A DNA stretch of 63,851 nt, the filler included, from Platydemus manokwari (lineage: Eukaryota): the NCBI GenBank assembly GCA_037951405.1. It is 6 parts of 6 records of this genome, joined end to end, with 100 filler letters (N's around TTAATTAATTAA, not from the genome) between each part and the next. Parts side by side here need not be neighbours in the genome. Positions count along the whole stretch, not along the records: positions 32,018 to 41,873 come from JBBMOY011196432.1; positions 41,974 to 54,912 come from JBBMOY011895831.1; 4 more parts are not named here. One strand, 5' to 3'. The position numbers and the translations under genes are program-made. Under the pieces are notes generated by a model. The model was given only the letters and a program-made list of their open reading frames with translations. It ran no database searches and was not told the origin of the DNA. Positions 39,955 to 53,502 of the stretch are shown here, piece after piece (position 1 is the first letter of the stretch; every line of letters starts with the position of its first letter).

Positions 39955-41030
39955 ATTTTATTGACAGATGATTTATTTTTTTAATACTTGGAAATAAAGA
40001 TGTAAATAAAATAGAACTCGAAGATGTTGAAAATAATTTTCAAATATTAACTAAATCAGGGCTTACTGAAATCGGATTTAATGTTTTAAGACACCTAGTA
40101 AAATTGAGATAAATACTAGAAAAGAAGGATTACAATCTAATCAAATAATTATAATAATCACAATCACAGGTGAACTCCACGGAATTATTTTATTAGCAGT
40201 CAAGAAAGAAGAACATAACAATGTTTATAACTCAATAAATGACATTTTATGATTTTAGGGAAACTATATAGGTTAGGATATATAAAGAAAGAAAAGAAAA
40301 AATGAAATCCTCAAATAATATTTTTCTTTAAATTTTTAGCTAACATTTTGAACAAAATGATCGAAACAATTAAAACTTAATATATGCACTTGCAAAAAAA
40401 GGTTTGTATATTATTAATCAATTAGCAACAACAGCATCTAATTTAAATAAATCCAATCATATTGCTTTTGAATCTCAACAAACTTCAAATCCTGTAGATA
40501 TTTGTGATAATTTCTTAATATATGAAATTGAAATTGAATTAAAGAAAGTAAATAATGTCGATCACGATAAAACTTTAGAAAATAACTTGTTCTAATTTTA
40601 TTTAACTCTATAAGATTAACATTGGAAACTCATGAAAATGAAAATATTGAAAGTATTGATGAAGTATCTAGATCATTAAACTTGATATTATTAGATAATA
40701 CAGAAATATTTTCACTAAAACAATTATTTGTATTTTATTGAAAATCATAAAGATTGTTATATCTAATGACGTTCGAAATAAAAAATAAATCAGAAAATAT
40801 TTTAGTGAAAAAAAGATAAATGAAAATTAACTATTAAATCTTTAGAATTTTGTATATTAGAATTAATTTTGAATCCAAAGAATTAATTAAGTTCATTGGA
40901 CCCATTAGGTACTGATAAACCTACTCTGGTAAATCATTTAACTTGATATTTTATAATTTATTAGGATTACAAAATAATCAATACATAACTGTCATTTTAT
41001 TGGGATTCAAAGATAAAAATAAATGCACAA
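39955..41030 (+). mobile_element. Polinton/Maverick remnant, copy 2: gene X C-terminal half and putative capsid N-terminus
   Basis: LTDDLFFLILGNKD..LEDVENNFQIL and LLAVKKEEHNNVYNSIN match gene X. From ATG 40357, LYIINQLATTASNLN..FESQQTSNPVDICDNFLIYEIEIELKK..LENNLF matches 54393 onward. The 3' boundary is approximate. Confidence 0.78.
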
Positions 41031-41034
41031 AATG

Positions 41035-41790
41035 TAACTCAAGGAAAGGAAGAAAATTGTAATCAATTCTTCGAAAAAATCGAGAAACCAATAGACAATA
41101 TTCTCCGGCATAAATTAACCCAGCAGTTTTTAATGATGTTTTTGGCTCAACACTTAATTGAGGACGTGGAAATAAAAAAAAGAGATGAAAAAGCTAGACA
41201 TAAAAACAGTCCATCAGGCAAAAGACATCATTCATAAGATGGATGACATCCAAAAAGAAATCGAGGGAAAAGAATTACCTTCTGTAATTCATGTGAAAGT
41301 GTCATATGCAGATATAACAAAGAATGCTAAGCAATGGAATGCTCCAATTGGAAGAAGCCAACATTCAAGTCGTCAGCATGAAACGAAAAGGCAGTCGCAA
41401 AATTGACGACGTCGTAATTCGTGGAAAGAAGCTCGACGAAGTTGGGCATGCGGTCAACTCAGACACATCAGAGCTCCATGGAACAATGTGAAGTGCCTTG
41501 ACTGCGGTAGAAATGGCCATTTTCAGTATCAATGCAGATTATACAAACAAGCCAGTACTAAATACTCCAGAGGAAATGATAACATTGCACCCCCACGACG
41601 ATACTTTGAGAACTTTCAGAACCGAGACAGACGGGATTCACAATCGAAATGATCGTTTTATTCAAATTCAGGAGAGCAGAGGCAGTTCATTGCCATGAAT
41701 GACTATGATAAAGCGATAGAAAGGGACATAGAAAATCGATCAGACGAAACTGCGTTAAAAGACGAGGCTCTTGCGTATAGGGAGACGTAA
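41035..41790 (+). mobile_element. Ty3/Gypsy-type gag remnant with two CCHC zinc knuckles
   Basis: One frame with internal stops: QGKEENCNQFFEKIEK...MKKLDIKTV..VSYADI..*..SWACGQLRHIRAPW-NNVK-CLDCGRNGHFQYQC. The second knuckle is an intact CX2CX4HX4C. Confidence 0.78.
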
Positions 41791-41873
41791 AGAGCTCATA
41801 AATTTGGTTTAAGTAGGTATTTAACTGACAATGAATGTATGAATGAGAATGTATGTGAAATGAATGTATGTGT

Positions 41874-41973
41874 NNNNNNNNNNNNNNNNNNNNNNNNNNN
41901 NNNNNNNNNNNNNNNNNTTAATTAATTAANNNNNNNNNNNNNNNNNNNNNNNNNNNNNNNNNNNNNNNNNNNN
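41874..41973. other. Artificial contig spacer
   Basis: N44-TTAATTAATTAA-N44. Confidence 0.98.
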
Positions 41974-42451
41974 TGCAGTTTTGAAGTGAATAAAATATTA
42001 AAAGAATGTTACTCCACTCATTTGTTACAAAAAAATCCTCAGAAATAAATGTTTACCTTCAACAGTTTACTTCAAATCAAATGATAAATTCAAAATATAT
42101 ATATTCTCTGAAATATATATTGGTCAGCAATTTCAATTATGTCGTCCGCGGGATAATTATCGATTCCAAGTTTTTCTCGAAATGTATTTGTGTGATTATC
42201 GGACTGTGCACTTTCGAGTTGATATTATAGTATTGTAGTGATTTTGTGGCGAATGGTTGACTGTAAAATTGCAAATTCTGATCGATTATTTATACTCAAT
42301 CATTTTGTTGGTGGCCGTCTCAATTAGTGCTTGTACTTAATACTTTCATATCTTTATTAATCATGTTTGGTAACAATTTGAAATAAAACCTGAAAATCAT
42401 ATTAAAACTTCAATACCACAAGCTCAGTTATGAACAGATATAATTAAATTC

Positions 42452-42864
42452 TTATCCGCACCCGAAAATCAGACAAAGAATATAAAACAACCAAGAAGAT
42501 TGTTTGCTGAAAATCACGTAAAAGTCAAGAACAAAAGACAGGTTAACGACCAAACAAGACTGACAGTTACTCATGGAATTCAACCTGTTTTATAGAGATA
42601 TTGATTGTGTCTACTCGATGTCACGGATCTAAGCTTTTCATTTGCTGAATTCGTTTGTACATAGATATGCTACTAATTTTTCTTGCATCTCTTGTGGTAT
42701 TGGCAAATATATGAGTTTTCTGCCATCTGTTGATACGTGCCTGCTAATTTTTAACTTCTAAATACGGATTAATATTATAAAGAATCTGATTGGCTGTTGA
42801 TATGTGCGTTTATCGAATCTGTGTGTCAACCATTTTAAGGTTATTTCCCTGGTTCCTGTGAACA
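42452..42864 (-). repeat. LTR-like dispersed repeat, homolog of 28390-28806
   Basis: The reverse complement begins TGTTCACAGGAACC and aligns along the whole length. Confidence 0.8.
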
Positions 42865-44868
42865 CAAATATCTTTATTAATTATTTGGTTTTACAATTAC
42901 ATATTTTTATAAATTTATTTTATTTATCTTTTGTCAACGTTTGTCTTCTCTCTCTTCATTTACATTACTTCAAATAACAATTAAATAATATTAATAATCA
43001 TAAAAATTTATATCAGATATCAATTCAATAAATAAATGAAATAAGTAATCATAATCAATTAAATCAGATTTCAATTCAATAACCTCAATATTTAAATAAT
43101 TAATAATATTAAATCAAATACCATTTCACAATAAAGATATTAAATATTTTTGTGGTTTGGGGTTTTTTGTTAGCGCTCGTTAGTTATATTAGCTGATTAC
43201 GCCTTAACTCTTCACTGACTCTAAGGGACTTCAATAACGAATATTAAGACCACGCTATTGGAATAGTTGCTTAATGAATCTAAAGGTCTCGTTAAGGCAA
43301 TTAATACCCTAACCAAATTTAAATTAAGTATAGTGAAGAAATTGAGTCTGACTCTGACTATAGATGTCGTTGAGGCCTAAAGTTAAATCAATTATTATTT
43401 AGACTATGACTTGTGCTATATAGCTCAATGGTTAATTAGATTATGATATCAACTTAGTTATTACCAAAGCTCAATGCTCTATATTCCAATAAAAAAATCG
43501 AGACAAAATAATTATTATAAAATAATATATTTAGAAGCAAAATGTAACAATAGTTGAACTGAATAACAAAAAAAATTAGTTCAATAGTTAGTGTGTTGCC
43601 TAAGAAAGTAGCCCAAACGGACGGAGACTCGGGTAATGAATAGGAAAGTGATTTTGGCAGATTAAAATAATAATGTTACGATGATGTTGAGTGTGGTTTC
43701 AATTAAATAATACTAGGGATGATTGCGTTGAGCACAATTGTTAAATATGAATAATTTTGATATATGAATTGTAAATATAAATGGTGTCAACGGATGGTTA
43801 AACTTTTAAATAGTTAAAATGAAAATGACAATTACTTCGCTCAAAGTGATTCAAAAAATATCCACAGCTCCTTTTATTTCTGCTTCCTAACGAATAGTAC
43901 TCCAAATGTAGTTATTTTGAATCAATGGTTTGTTCCGTTCTCTAGTGAAGTAATGGTTTCCCGTTGATTTTCGCCTGTGATGATTTTTCTATGCAGTATT
44001 CCTGATTCGCATTTTTTACTGATCGCAGTGTTACCGTTATCGTTATTTATGTAGTGGGTGCCTTGGCTTGATTATAGTTTGGTATTTGTACCTTACAGCT
44101 CAAACTACTTTTAGCTGTTACGCGGCCCCTAATTATTTATTTTTTAACCATTTCGCGGCCTCAACGTTTTGGCCTTTTTAATCTTATATATTTTATTATA
44201 TTGTATTATTATTTTAGCTTATTAATTTATTATTCTATAATTTTGTTTTACCATATTATTATTTTATTAAGTTATATTATTATTTTTTTTATCTTATCTT
44301 TATATCTGCCAAAATTCTTATCCATCCGCTTTTTACATAAAAATATAAAAATATAAAAATATAAAAATATAAAAACAACACAGATATGATTACTATAAAA
44401 ATTGTCTTCAGACATTAATATAAAAATGGAAACCTATCACAACAATTGTCATGAAATAAAATTATTTCATATAATAAATTGTCTTTAGAACACATAACTA
44501 TTTCATATAAATTGTCAATTGTCTTATAAACACATAACGCATTGTTTATTGTTAACACAGTAATCATATTGTTTTTTGCATGAGCCGTTCTTTTGAATCT
44601 GCTGAATTTGCTTTCATCCATAGCCAAGAGTATGCGATGCATGGATATTACAGTAAAAGAGCACATGTGTGTTATTTATCGACATTTCATATAAACTGGA
44701 ATGGTAAGGCCAAGATGATAAACTGGGTGAGTACTGGTAAGGGTTGGGTGGGTGTTTCCAATAAGAATGCTACTTGGTAGTTAAAATCAATAAAATCAAT
44801 ATTGCTTCATTATAGTCAAGGCACTAGAATATTGTTGAGTGAGATGATATTCTGTACTTTAAACATTT

Positions 44869-44995
44869 CCATGCCTACACAGCCATACAGGCATAGCAAC
44901 CAACCAATCACAATGTCAATTAGAAAAAGGGACATACACACCTATAAGAATTGACCAATCCAACTCGTGCAAAAACTAAAAAGATAAGAACATGG
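44869..44995 (+). repeat. Dispersed repeat shared with 51616-51775
   Basis: catacaggcatag..c.ccaatca....caatt.gaaaaa.ggacata..acac..attga.caatcc.act occurs in both places. Confidence 0.7.
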
Positions 44996-47900
44996 AAAAG
45001 CAAAAATTGAATCAAAATGTGATACAAACATGACACAAAAATTACCTGCAGATCTCGAATATAAATATCGATGTAAAGGTGGCCAACTACAAGTTGAAAG
45101 TCAGGTTTTGTTTATATTTTAGAGAAGTATGTTTAGTGTATTTGTATTTTATAAATCGTACAGAGTTATACGCAATCAAAGCCTTCTAGTTTTTGGAGTC
45201 AGGGATTAGTCAATTGTTCAGAAGTATCCCAAATATATTAATTCTAAGGTTAAAGATGTGTAGCTTGTATGTAATAACTGAATGCGTAGCTTACGAGGCG
45301 TGCAATTTGGACTTCAAATTCTTGAAATTCGTGAATACCTTGGAAGACTTAAAAGAATGATTACTCAAATCGATATAGAAGTGAAAAGACCCCAGTGCCT
45401 CATGACCACATCACCAAAAAGCCTCCGGTGGACTCCTCGGATTTTCGAGTGGAAGATACACCAACGAACTCTTTCCAAAAACTGGATCTCAGGCAAAGTC
45501 ATATTAGTATCTCTGGTCAAATATTTGTCTCAGATTCACCCACGGAACAGTGGAGTCACCTGGTTGAACACAATAAATAGCAGAAACATTGGTTTACAGG
45601 CCAATAATCAGCAAGGTGGTAACAGAATAAGCCAATCTTATCGTCAAAAGCCAACTAACAACACAGTCAATAATCCTGTCAACAACTATCCGCATCTGCA
45701 GAATTTTATCGATAACGTCCTGTCGCATTCAATTTATAACAAGACCCCCAGAAATTCGAGCACTTTTTCCTGCAATAAATTACGTCAATATCATCCCACT
45801 AAGAACAACTTATCACAAGATTCCCGAAAGTGTGGCCAATAACTATCTCAAGCTTAAGCCAGGAAATAACGTCACAGGCCCCAGAATGTGTTCAAATCAT
45901 TTAACAACATGTCCAGTAAAAAACCACAAAATCACGATTGTTTGAACCTTTTCTCCGATACCACAGCAAACAAACACAGCCTTGCCTCCAGCAAGAGGCT
46001 TCTACCAGAACTACCATCTGGACAATGAACTCTATCCCAATAAACTAAAGAAAATCAAAAAGCAAATTCTCATGCCAGGAAAGCATAAGTAGAGATCAAT
46101 GCCATCGGAGCAAATGAAAGAAATTTTACAAACTTCTGGCACACCGAATTTTTCAAAGAAATTCAAACTGAAATTAATTTTTATGACGTTATACTGACTC
46201 AATCGTCTCACGGGGCCAACATCTCGCCCTACAATCTTTCGGACTCAGCAGAGGAAACTTTAGCGAATGTTACTACTCAAACACCAAGCCAAATTTGAAA
46301 ATGCATCCATGCCAACTTGATACCACAAACCCAATTCTTATGGAAACCACTACATAGGCTTACGTGTCTATAATCGACGATAGGAACACACAATGTAATA
46401 TGTGTCCAAAAAATTACCGATTTCCATTCAACAATAGTACAATTGTCTCAAAGCTTTTCAATCAGACACACGAAATCAATCTATAATCAGAATTCGCCTT
46501 CCAATGCTCCTGTGGTTACGATTGTGCAGTCATCTCCTTTAGGCTACACCCGACAAACATAAAACATAAGTCATTCAGCCAAACCAAAGCTCTAATATCG
46601 ATCTCCTGTCTCTGACCAAGGACGACATTACATCTCAATGACTATCTGATCCACCCATAGAATCATACCCCAGCAACAAAATCACCAACAGCAACTAGGA
46701 CATTTTTATCAAGCCTCAACGAGCAATCGCAATTTTCAACAACGACTTCGAAACGTTTTACCTATCCTTCCCATTTCTAAAACTCGCCACGGAGAGAATC
46801 ACCTTTTGGCTTATCAGCTGGTAAAACAACCATTGGAATTTGTATATCGCAGACCGAACGAAACATTTATCGAACGGTCAAAAATGCTTATGGATCAAGC
46901 CGGATGCCTTCATACAAAATCTACAAGTTGTCAAAGAAACCATCACTCTTGTGCAATGTACACTGGTTGACCATTTCCAGCAACTCAATTTCTCTTACTA
47001 TGGTTTTTGTAATCCAGCACTATGTCAAAAGTCGCCGGTATTTCGTACTTACATAAGCATGCAACATTTAATCAACGATGAATATATAACTAATTAAGGA
47101 ATTATTCTTTGAAATTGATGAAATTTATTTTAATTTGTGATTTCATGCCAGATACTTGTTTCCATAATGAGCTACAATTAGATCCACATGAAGGTTATAT
47201 AAATGAATTTACCGATTTTAAAACAGATTTCTATATGTTGTCATCTACAAGTAGATGATCCGAAAAGATAAGTATTCGGAAATTACCACTGTGTTTGTAA
47301 AATTATTCGTGATTGGAAAGATATTGATGATTTAAGCAGAACAATTCGAAAGAAAATTATCGCAGATCTTAAGGAGCTAATATGAGAATTCTGATTTAAA
47401 TTATATTGGTTGGCTGATAAGGGTTTTTCAGAAACTCACTAAGCACTTAAACGATTAAAAGCGCTTTAATGAATCAATTTTTGGAAAGAATTCAAATTTA
47501 TATACGAAGAGGATTGCTCATTGTTGATTTTAAAAGTTATGATAATTAGCTTAAAAGGGACGCAAAAATTGAATGGAATGTCAAATAATGTGTGTTATCT
47601 TTAAAGAAATTCGATTCAACAAATGAAAAATCAATTTGACGTTGAGCCAACGTATATAATAAACAAACAGAGAATTATAAATTTTACTGTTTCAAGCTAT
47701 TAAATGACAATGGGATAGAGTACAATCTTAAAATGGCTTCTGTCAAATAAAAGTGATATTAATAATGAGTAAAGGTAAAAAATGTGATGAATCGCTAGAG
47801 TATGAAATTTTATTGAGCTTTTTGAATCATCATTTAGTGAATTGCAATTTTCCATTCTTCGATTCATCACGAATCGGAACATTTTGTCCTTTCGTGTGAC

Positions 47901-49939
47901 CATCTATTTTCATGTTCTCTTTGGCATCTTTGATTAACCTTGACCTTTATTTATGGTATCTTGAGACCGCATTCTCATCACTGTCAATGCCCAGGCGATG
48001 ATTTATTGCAATTAATTAAGTTCCTCAATTTACCTTTCCTCTTATCTATTAAATATTTATTATATCCTTTTTATGTTGTGAGGTTTTTATTTATCAGAAA
48101 CATTTTATTAAAGTTAAAATTAAAGTGATTCTATCAAAGTACCTCAGTGATTTGAAAGGTGAAAAATTGATGGATAATTAAGTCTGAAAGAAAAGGTGTA
48201 ATAGCAATGAATTTATCGTAGAGCAGCAAGTGTTGAATGAATAGACAGAACAACAATGCGTTTCATTATTACTGAGCTCAAACTATGGCAATAGTAAATA
48301 ACCAACAATCCTAATGATACCAAGTTGCACTTAAGAATCAAAACTATCAAAACATCAGAATATGTAGCTGGTATAGAAAAAGAAGTTCGAAGAAGATTAA
48401 TTATATGTTTGTATCTACTGAACTTCAACTGGATTCCTGTTCTTATATCCGATTTCTTTCTTATCATGGCTAGTCCTGAGAATAACTCACACTTTTGATA
48501 GTAATTATTTTAGATTTGTGTTTTTGCGCAAGGTTATTAGTAATATTTAGCTATTTTCCATTAAATTTTGATTCCAATTTTCCATGCTTCGATTCATTCA
48601 GAGAGCATAGGTGGATGCTTTTATAATCAAAGAATCAATTCAGTTTAATAGTTGATTTCAACCGAATTTTAAATTCTGGAAATTTATTGTTTATGGTTCG
48701 ACTGTCTCTGCATTTCGGTTTATTTTTGTCTAGCTGGTCGAAGCCTAATTCCAAAGTTAAGCTTATTTAGTAATCGTTACTGGATTTCTGGATACAGACG
48801 CTTGTCCATTTAGCTGATGATACATTCCAGATCATTTATTTATTCACAATATTGGTACCAAAGTTCATTTCTGATTACGTAAAAGTCGAATTACTAACTC
48901 GATAGTCTTAATTCAAGTTTAATTCCAAATAATATTTCACAGCGACATTGTGCTTTTGATCATTTGAAAGTACTCTCAAGCGATATAGATTTGATCAAAA
49001 TAATTCTAAATTTGCGAAAAATTCAAAACTACTAGTAAAATATTTGAATTTTATTTCGGAATCGTAATTGAAAATTATCATTGAGTATATCGATTATAGG
49101 TATTTAATTGCAGTCTTAATAATTATATTTCTGATATCTATAAACTCGGTGGGGCATAATGAACCAGTGATAATAAAATTGAAAACCACCCACATGATTT
49201 GAAAAACGTACATCCTTAATTTTTATTGCATTGTAAATTTATTATTGGCATGCACTTATTGTATTTGTTAATTAAGCTTTCGATTTTTCAGTGTTTATTA
49301 TTTATTTGTCATGTCCAAATCTATATTTAACTAATGACATAAAATCTACTTTTTAAGACTTTTCCGATTCATCCTGGATTTCGCAATTGAACGCAAGTAA
49401 AAATAAATTTGATATTTTATTATCCATAAAAAATATGTAATCTTAAATCGCCAAACAACAACATTTAATCCAATAAATTCTGCACTTTTATAATTTCCTG
49501 AGATAGAGTTTATGCTAAATCATTTATTTATAACAAGTAAAGAGTATTTGAAAAAATTACTTTATATTAGTTTTTCATTTTTAAGAGATATATAAATTTT
49601 GTCATAAGCTTCAAGTATTTTGTAAACTTATTCGTAAAATTATACACCAATATTTTCTTGTGGCTTTCGATGAGAAAATGTTTATAATAAATAATAGACA
49701 AGGTAAAATTTTTATTATTTTTCAATTTTTAACATTTTAATTTAAAATCGTAATCATTTTAAATAATTTTCAATCATGTAATTACTATTGAGATGTGATC
49801 AACCATTTCAATTTCGTAATTTAAAAAGACTAAGCTCATTGAAACATTTATTATTTATGTTCAAAATACATTTTAATAGGACAGAATTAACTAATACTTT
49901 TAACAAATATCGCAAATTAAGCTGTATTGATATAATTCA

Positions 49940-50254
49940 TTAGCCTGATTTGAACAGAAGAATTGCCACTTGTCCCAAATAAAAATAAATAAAATGTTTG
50001 GTTTCGTGAGTGACATAACTAAATCATAAAATCAAAATCATTATACAAATTCATAGAAATTACCTTCCGAAATTTCTGCCTACAATACAATGCCAAGTAG
50101 GGTTGAATGTTTTATCAAATTCTTTTTTAACATACGCAGCAATATCTTTTTCGATGTTAAATTTCTCCATGGCTTGCGTTGCATAGTTGATGGCGGCTTC
50201 TTGCATTTCATCATTCATATCTGCATTCTTGATAACTGCTTGACGTTCCGACAT
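49940..50254 (-). CDS. DYNLL: Dynein light chain LC8-type, 89 aa; exons 50254-50064 and 50018-49940
   Basis: [13 protein letters not shown]...[29 protein letters not shown]|[25 protein letters not shown]-stop, with a 45-bp GT-AG intron. Confidence 0.97.
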
Positions 50255-51918
50255 TGATGATTACTGACTACTTGTACCAATGTTAATCCTTTTATTGAAA
50301 GAATTCCAAATAGTTTAGTAGAATAGTTACAAAAATATCGATTCGTTTTGACCAGCGTCATTTGTAATTTAATATCTAATGTGCTTAGCTTAACTAAAAC
50401 TATTCTACTAAACATTTACATTTTATTTCATGGTTTACAGCGAATCTCAACAATGAATGTGACTACATTTATCGAAACAAAACACTACGCGATGTTAGAT
50501 AGCTATCTTTATACAACTTAATATTTGAACTTTGAAATAATCTTTTGATAACATTAAGAAAGTATGAGTTGTTTTTCGTAGAAACTAAAAAGCAAGGTGC
50601 AATTATTTTCAATTTGAAAAAATTAATATCTCAATTATAAAATTTTAATTAAAAATTTGAAGGACAACTCATACCTTGATCTGTATAACATATTATAATT
50701 TTAATAAAATTGAATGAACATAGTTTAACATGCGCTTATTTTGTAAGCATTTAATGATTAATTTTATTTTTTAGTTTATTTAATTTTTAAATATTTAGTT
50801 TTGTAAAATATACTACTTGATCTTTAGACAAATTTCGAAATTTTTTGAGAAAAATTATGTCTACAATTTGAGTAAAAACATTAATGTGAAATAAAAATTC
50901 ATAAAAATTATTATTTAATTTCAAAATGTTATTTTACTTGAAAAGAATATTATTTGAATAAATAATTCAAAAACACAAGCAAAATAAAATCTTGTGTGCA
51001 GAAAGTTAAATAATTAAACTAAATTGCATTTTATCAAATTAATTCAGAGACTTATCGTTTGTTGAATAAAGGAAAACTTTTTACACAACTCTTACTTCAA
51101 TGAGAATCCTTCTGATTGCTTTATATCTAATTTCATCATTAATCGGTTTCCAATGAGCCTTCAGGTATCTTCAATCGGAACTATGATGAAGGTTTCAGAA
51201 TCGTACACTATATTAATATCCTTATTACACGTTATCCAATGTCATTTCCATCCATTTGCATTCTGAAACACATTCGAACTATCTGATAACTTTCTTTATC
51301 AATTCACATCAACATCACTTTTATATTTATTATTTACCTTGATTAAAAATATCGGACGTCATTTAATAATTTTAGTAAAAAGATAACTCGTTTGCATCAA
51401 TATTTTATTCTAATTCAAAATTCAAAATTACACTCTTTATTTTTTTTAATATTTAAACAAATCTTATTTTTTATCTAACCATTTTTATTTCAAAATGATA
51501 TTTGTTGAAAATTACTAAATTTTCAAGTGCATAAACGTGTTGGGTGAGATGAAATTCTGCAAAAAGAAAAACGAAATTGCACCTTGGAACCCTTGTTTTG
51601 GCACTTCAAACATTTGCATACCTGCACATTCATACAGGCATAGAAATCACCCAATCATAGTGAAGTTAGATGGTGAACTACAATTGGAAAAACGGACATA
51701 GCTACACAACAACACACACATGGGGATTGATCAATCCCACTGATGTAAAAGCCTAAAAACCCAATAGGAACACAGCTTCAGATTTGATCTTTAGTTATTA
51801 CATATAGATTTCGTTTCTTTTCAATTGCCCAAATTTTAATAATAAATTTTATAATGATAATAATAATTTTATTTATAGCACCAAAGTCATGTTAAAAACA
51901 ACAAATATTTATATAATT

Positions 51919-52820
51919 CTAAAAACTTGATTTAATCAACTCATTACTATAAAATCTTCCCAATATTTTTTCTCCTTTTAAATCTATCAACCTTTAAGTA
52001 ACGGGTTTGGTTTTACAAACCTCTTTAATAATAAATATTTCTTTTGAATATTTTGTGAATATCCTTTCTCAAATTTAATTTTATATTTGAAAATTCTCAC
52101 TCTCTAAAACTTATAATTATGGTTTAGCATTTAAATTATTATTAAAATTGTTCCATTCCCAATTTTTTCTTTAATTATTTCAGGGCTTTTACTTGCTTCA
52201 ATAATACTCACTCCAATATTTGAATGAATTCTATTAATATATTTATTAACAACATTTTTCAATAAATTATTATTTCATTTTTGATTTCCCTATGCCGTAA
52301 AATGTTTCCACGTAATATATTTCAGAGTTCTAATAAATTTTTCTGCAAAAACAGCTTTACCCTCATTTTCAGTATGATATACAATGATTTTATTTTCAGC
52401 ACAAAAATTAAAAAAAAATTACTTCTAATTCCAAATTCTTTATCAAACCATATATATATATAGAAATTATTTTGCCTTTTTCAAAGTAACTTTCAAAGTT
52501 TCTTGTTTTTTATCCCTCAAGAGAATACACCAACCATATCTCGTGTATAAATCAATAACGACCAAAATATATATAAACCCTTCAGTAGATTTTTTGGGAA
52601 TCACAACTAAATATGCACTATGAGTATTGTCTTTAGAAAATATTTTAACTTTTAAAAATTTCTTAACTTTTTTATGTTCATGATGTAATTCTTGAACTAA
52701 TGGATCTTCATCTCGTAAATGAAAATCAACTTTAGTTTTATCAATGTAATCTGGATTTTCATGTATTTTCTTAATTGCTAAATCTTTGGCTGAACGAGGA
52801 CGTAGATCGGCCCTGTCCAA
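51919..52820 (-). pseudogene. Polinton-type retroviral-like (rve) integrase, decayed
   Basis: LVQELHHEHKK.., GFIYILVVIDLYTRYGW..LRDKK, IWFDKEFG, VYHTENEGKAVFAEKFIRTLK, YINRIHSNIG, RIFKYKIKFEKGY..YSKEIFII and IDLKGEKILGRFYSNEL; frameshifted. Confidence 0.9.
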
Positions 52821-53070
52821 GCATAATTTTCCCTTTCATAATAATTTTAATTAAAAATCTTTCTAATTTTTCTCTGAATGTTGGATTAGGAACATTATCC
52901 ATTTGATGTATCATTCTAACATCAGCAATATGTATATTTTGTAAATCTTTTGATTTTTTTTGGAGTTGGTAGTATACCTAATTTTCCTCTTTCATTATAA
53001 TTATTAATAATCTCATTATAATTTTCTAAATGTTCTTAAAGATTTATTTCTGACAAATTAAAATATATTA
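52810..53070 (-). pseudogene. PLA2X-like (adintovirus phospholipase-A2-domain) gene remnant upstream of the integrase
   Basis: SKDLQNIHIADVRMIHQMDNVPNPTFREKLERFLIKIIMKGKIMLGQG resembles the C-terminal helices of Maverick PLA2X proteins. The HD catalytic segment appears deleted. Confidence 0.55.
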
Positions 53071-53502
53071 CACTATATCTTAAGCAATCATTAGAGGTAA
53101 ATTAACTCTTCATGCCCACCAACGTTTAGTCTCTGAACAATCTCCATATTCCTATCATAACGAACGTAGGAAACTTGCTGCGGGTTGGCAATGTATTCTT
53201 CAGTATTTTTACTTGAAATCAGTCATTACCTGAGATCTTTCAAAAGACTTCTCAATTGAAGTAGTAGATGAAGACTTTAGGAGTACGCCGCAATTTAAAG
53301 GTGTTGCATTGTTGAATGAAGTTCAACAAAGGTTTGGCGTTGCTCAACAATACTAGCATCGATTTTGAATCAACACTCTATTGAAATTCGTTCAATGAAA
53401 TTATGGAAGGGAAGGAACTTTCTTCAGCTTCGTTCAAATTTAAATTTAAGATTGAAACTATGAGACAGAAGAGAAGGGATGGGGAGGCAAGGAACCTCGT
53501 TC

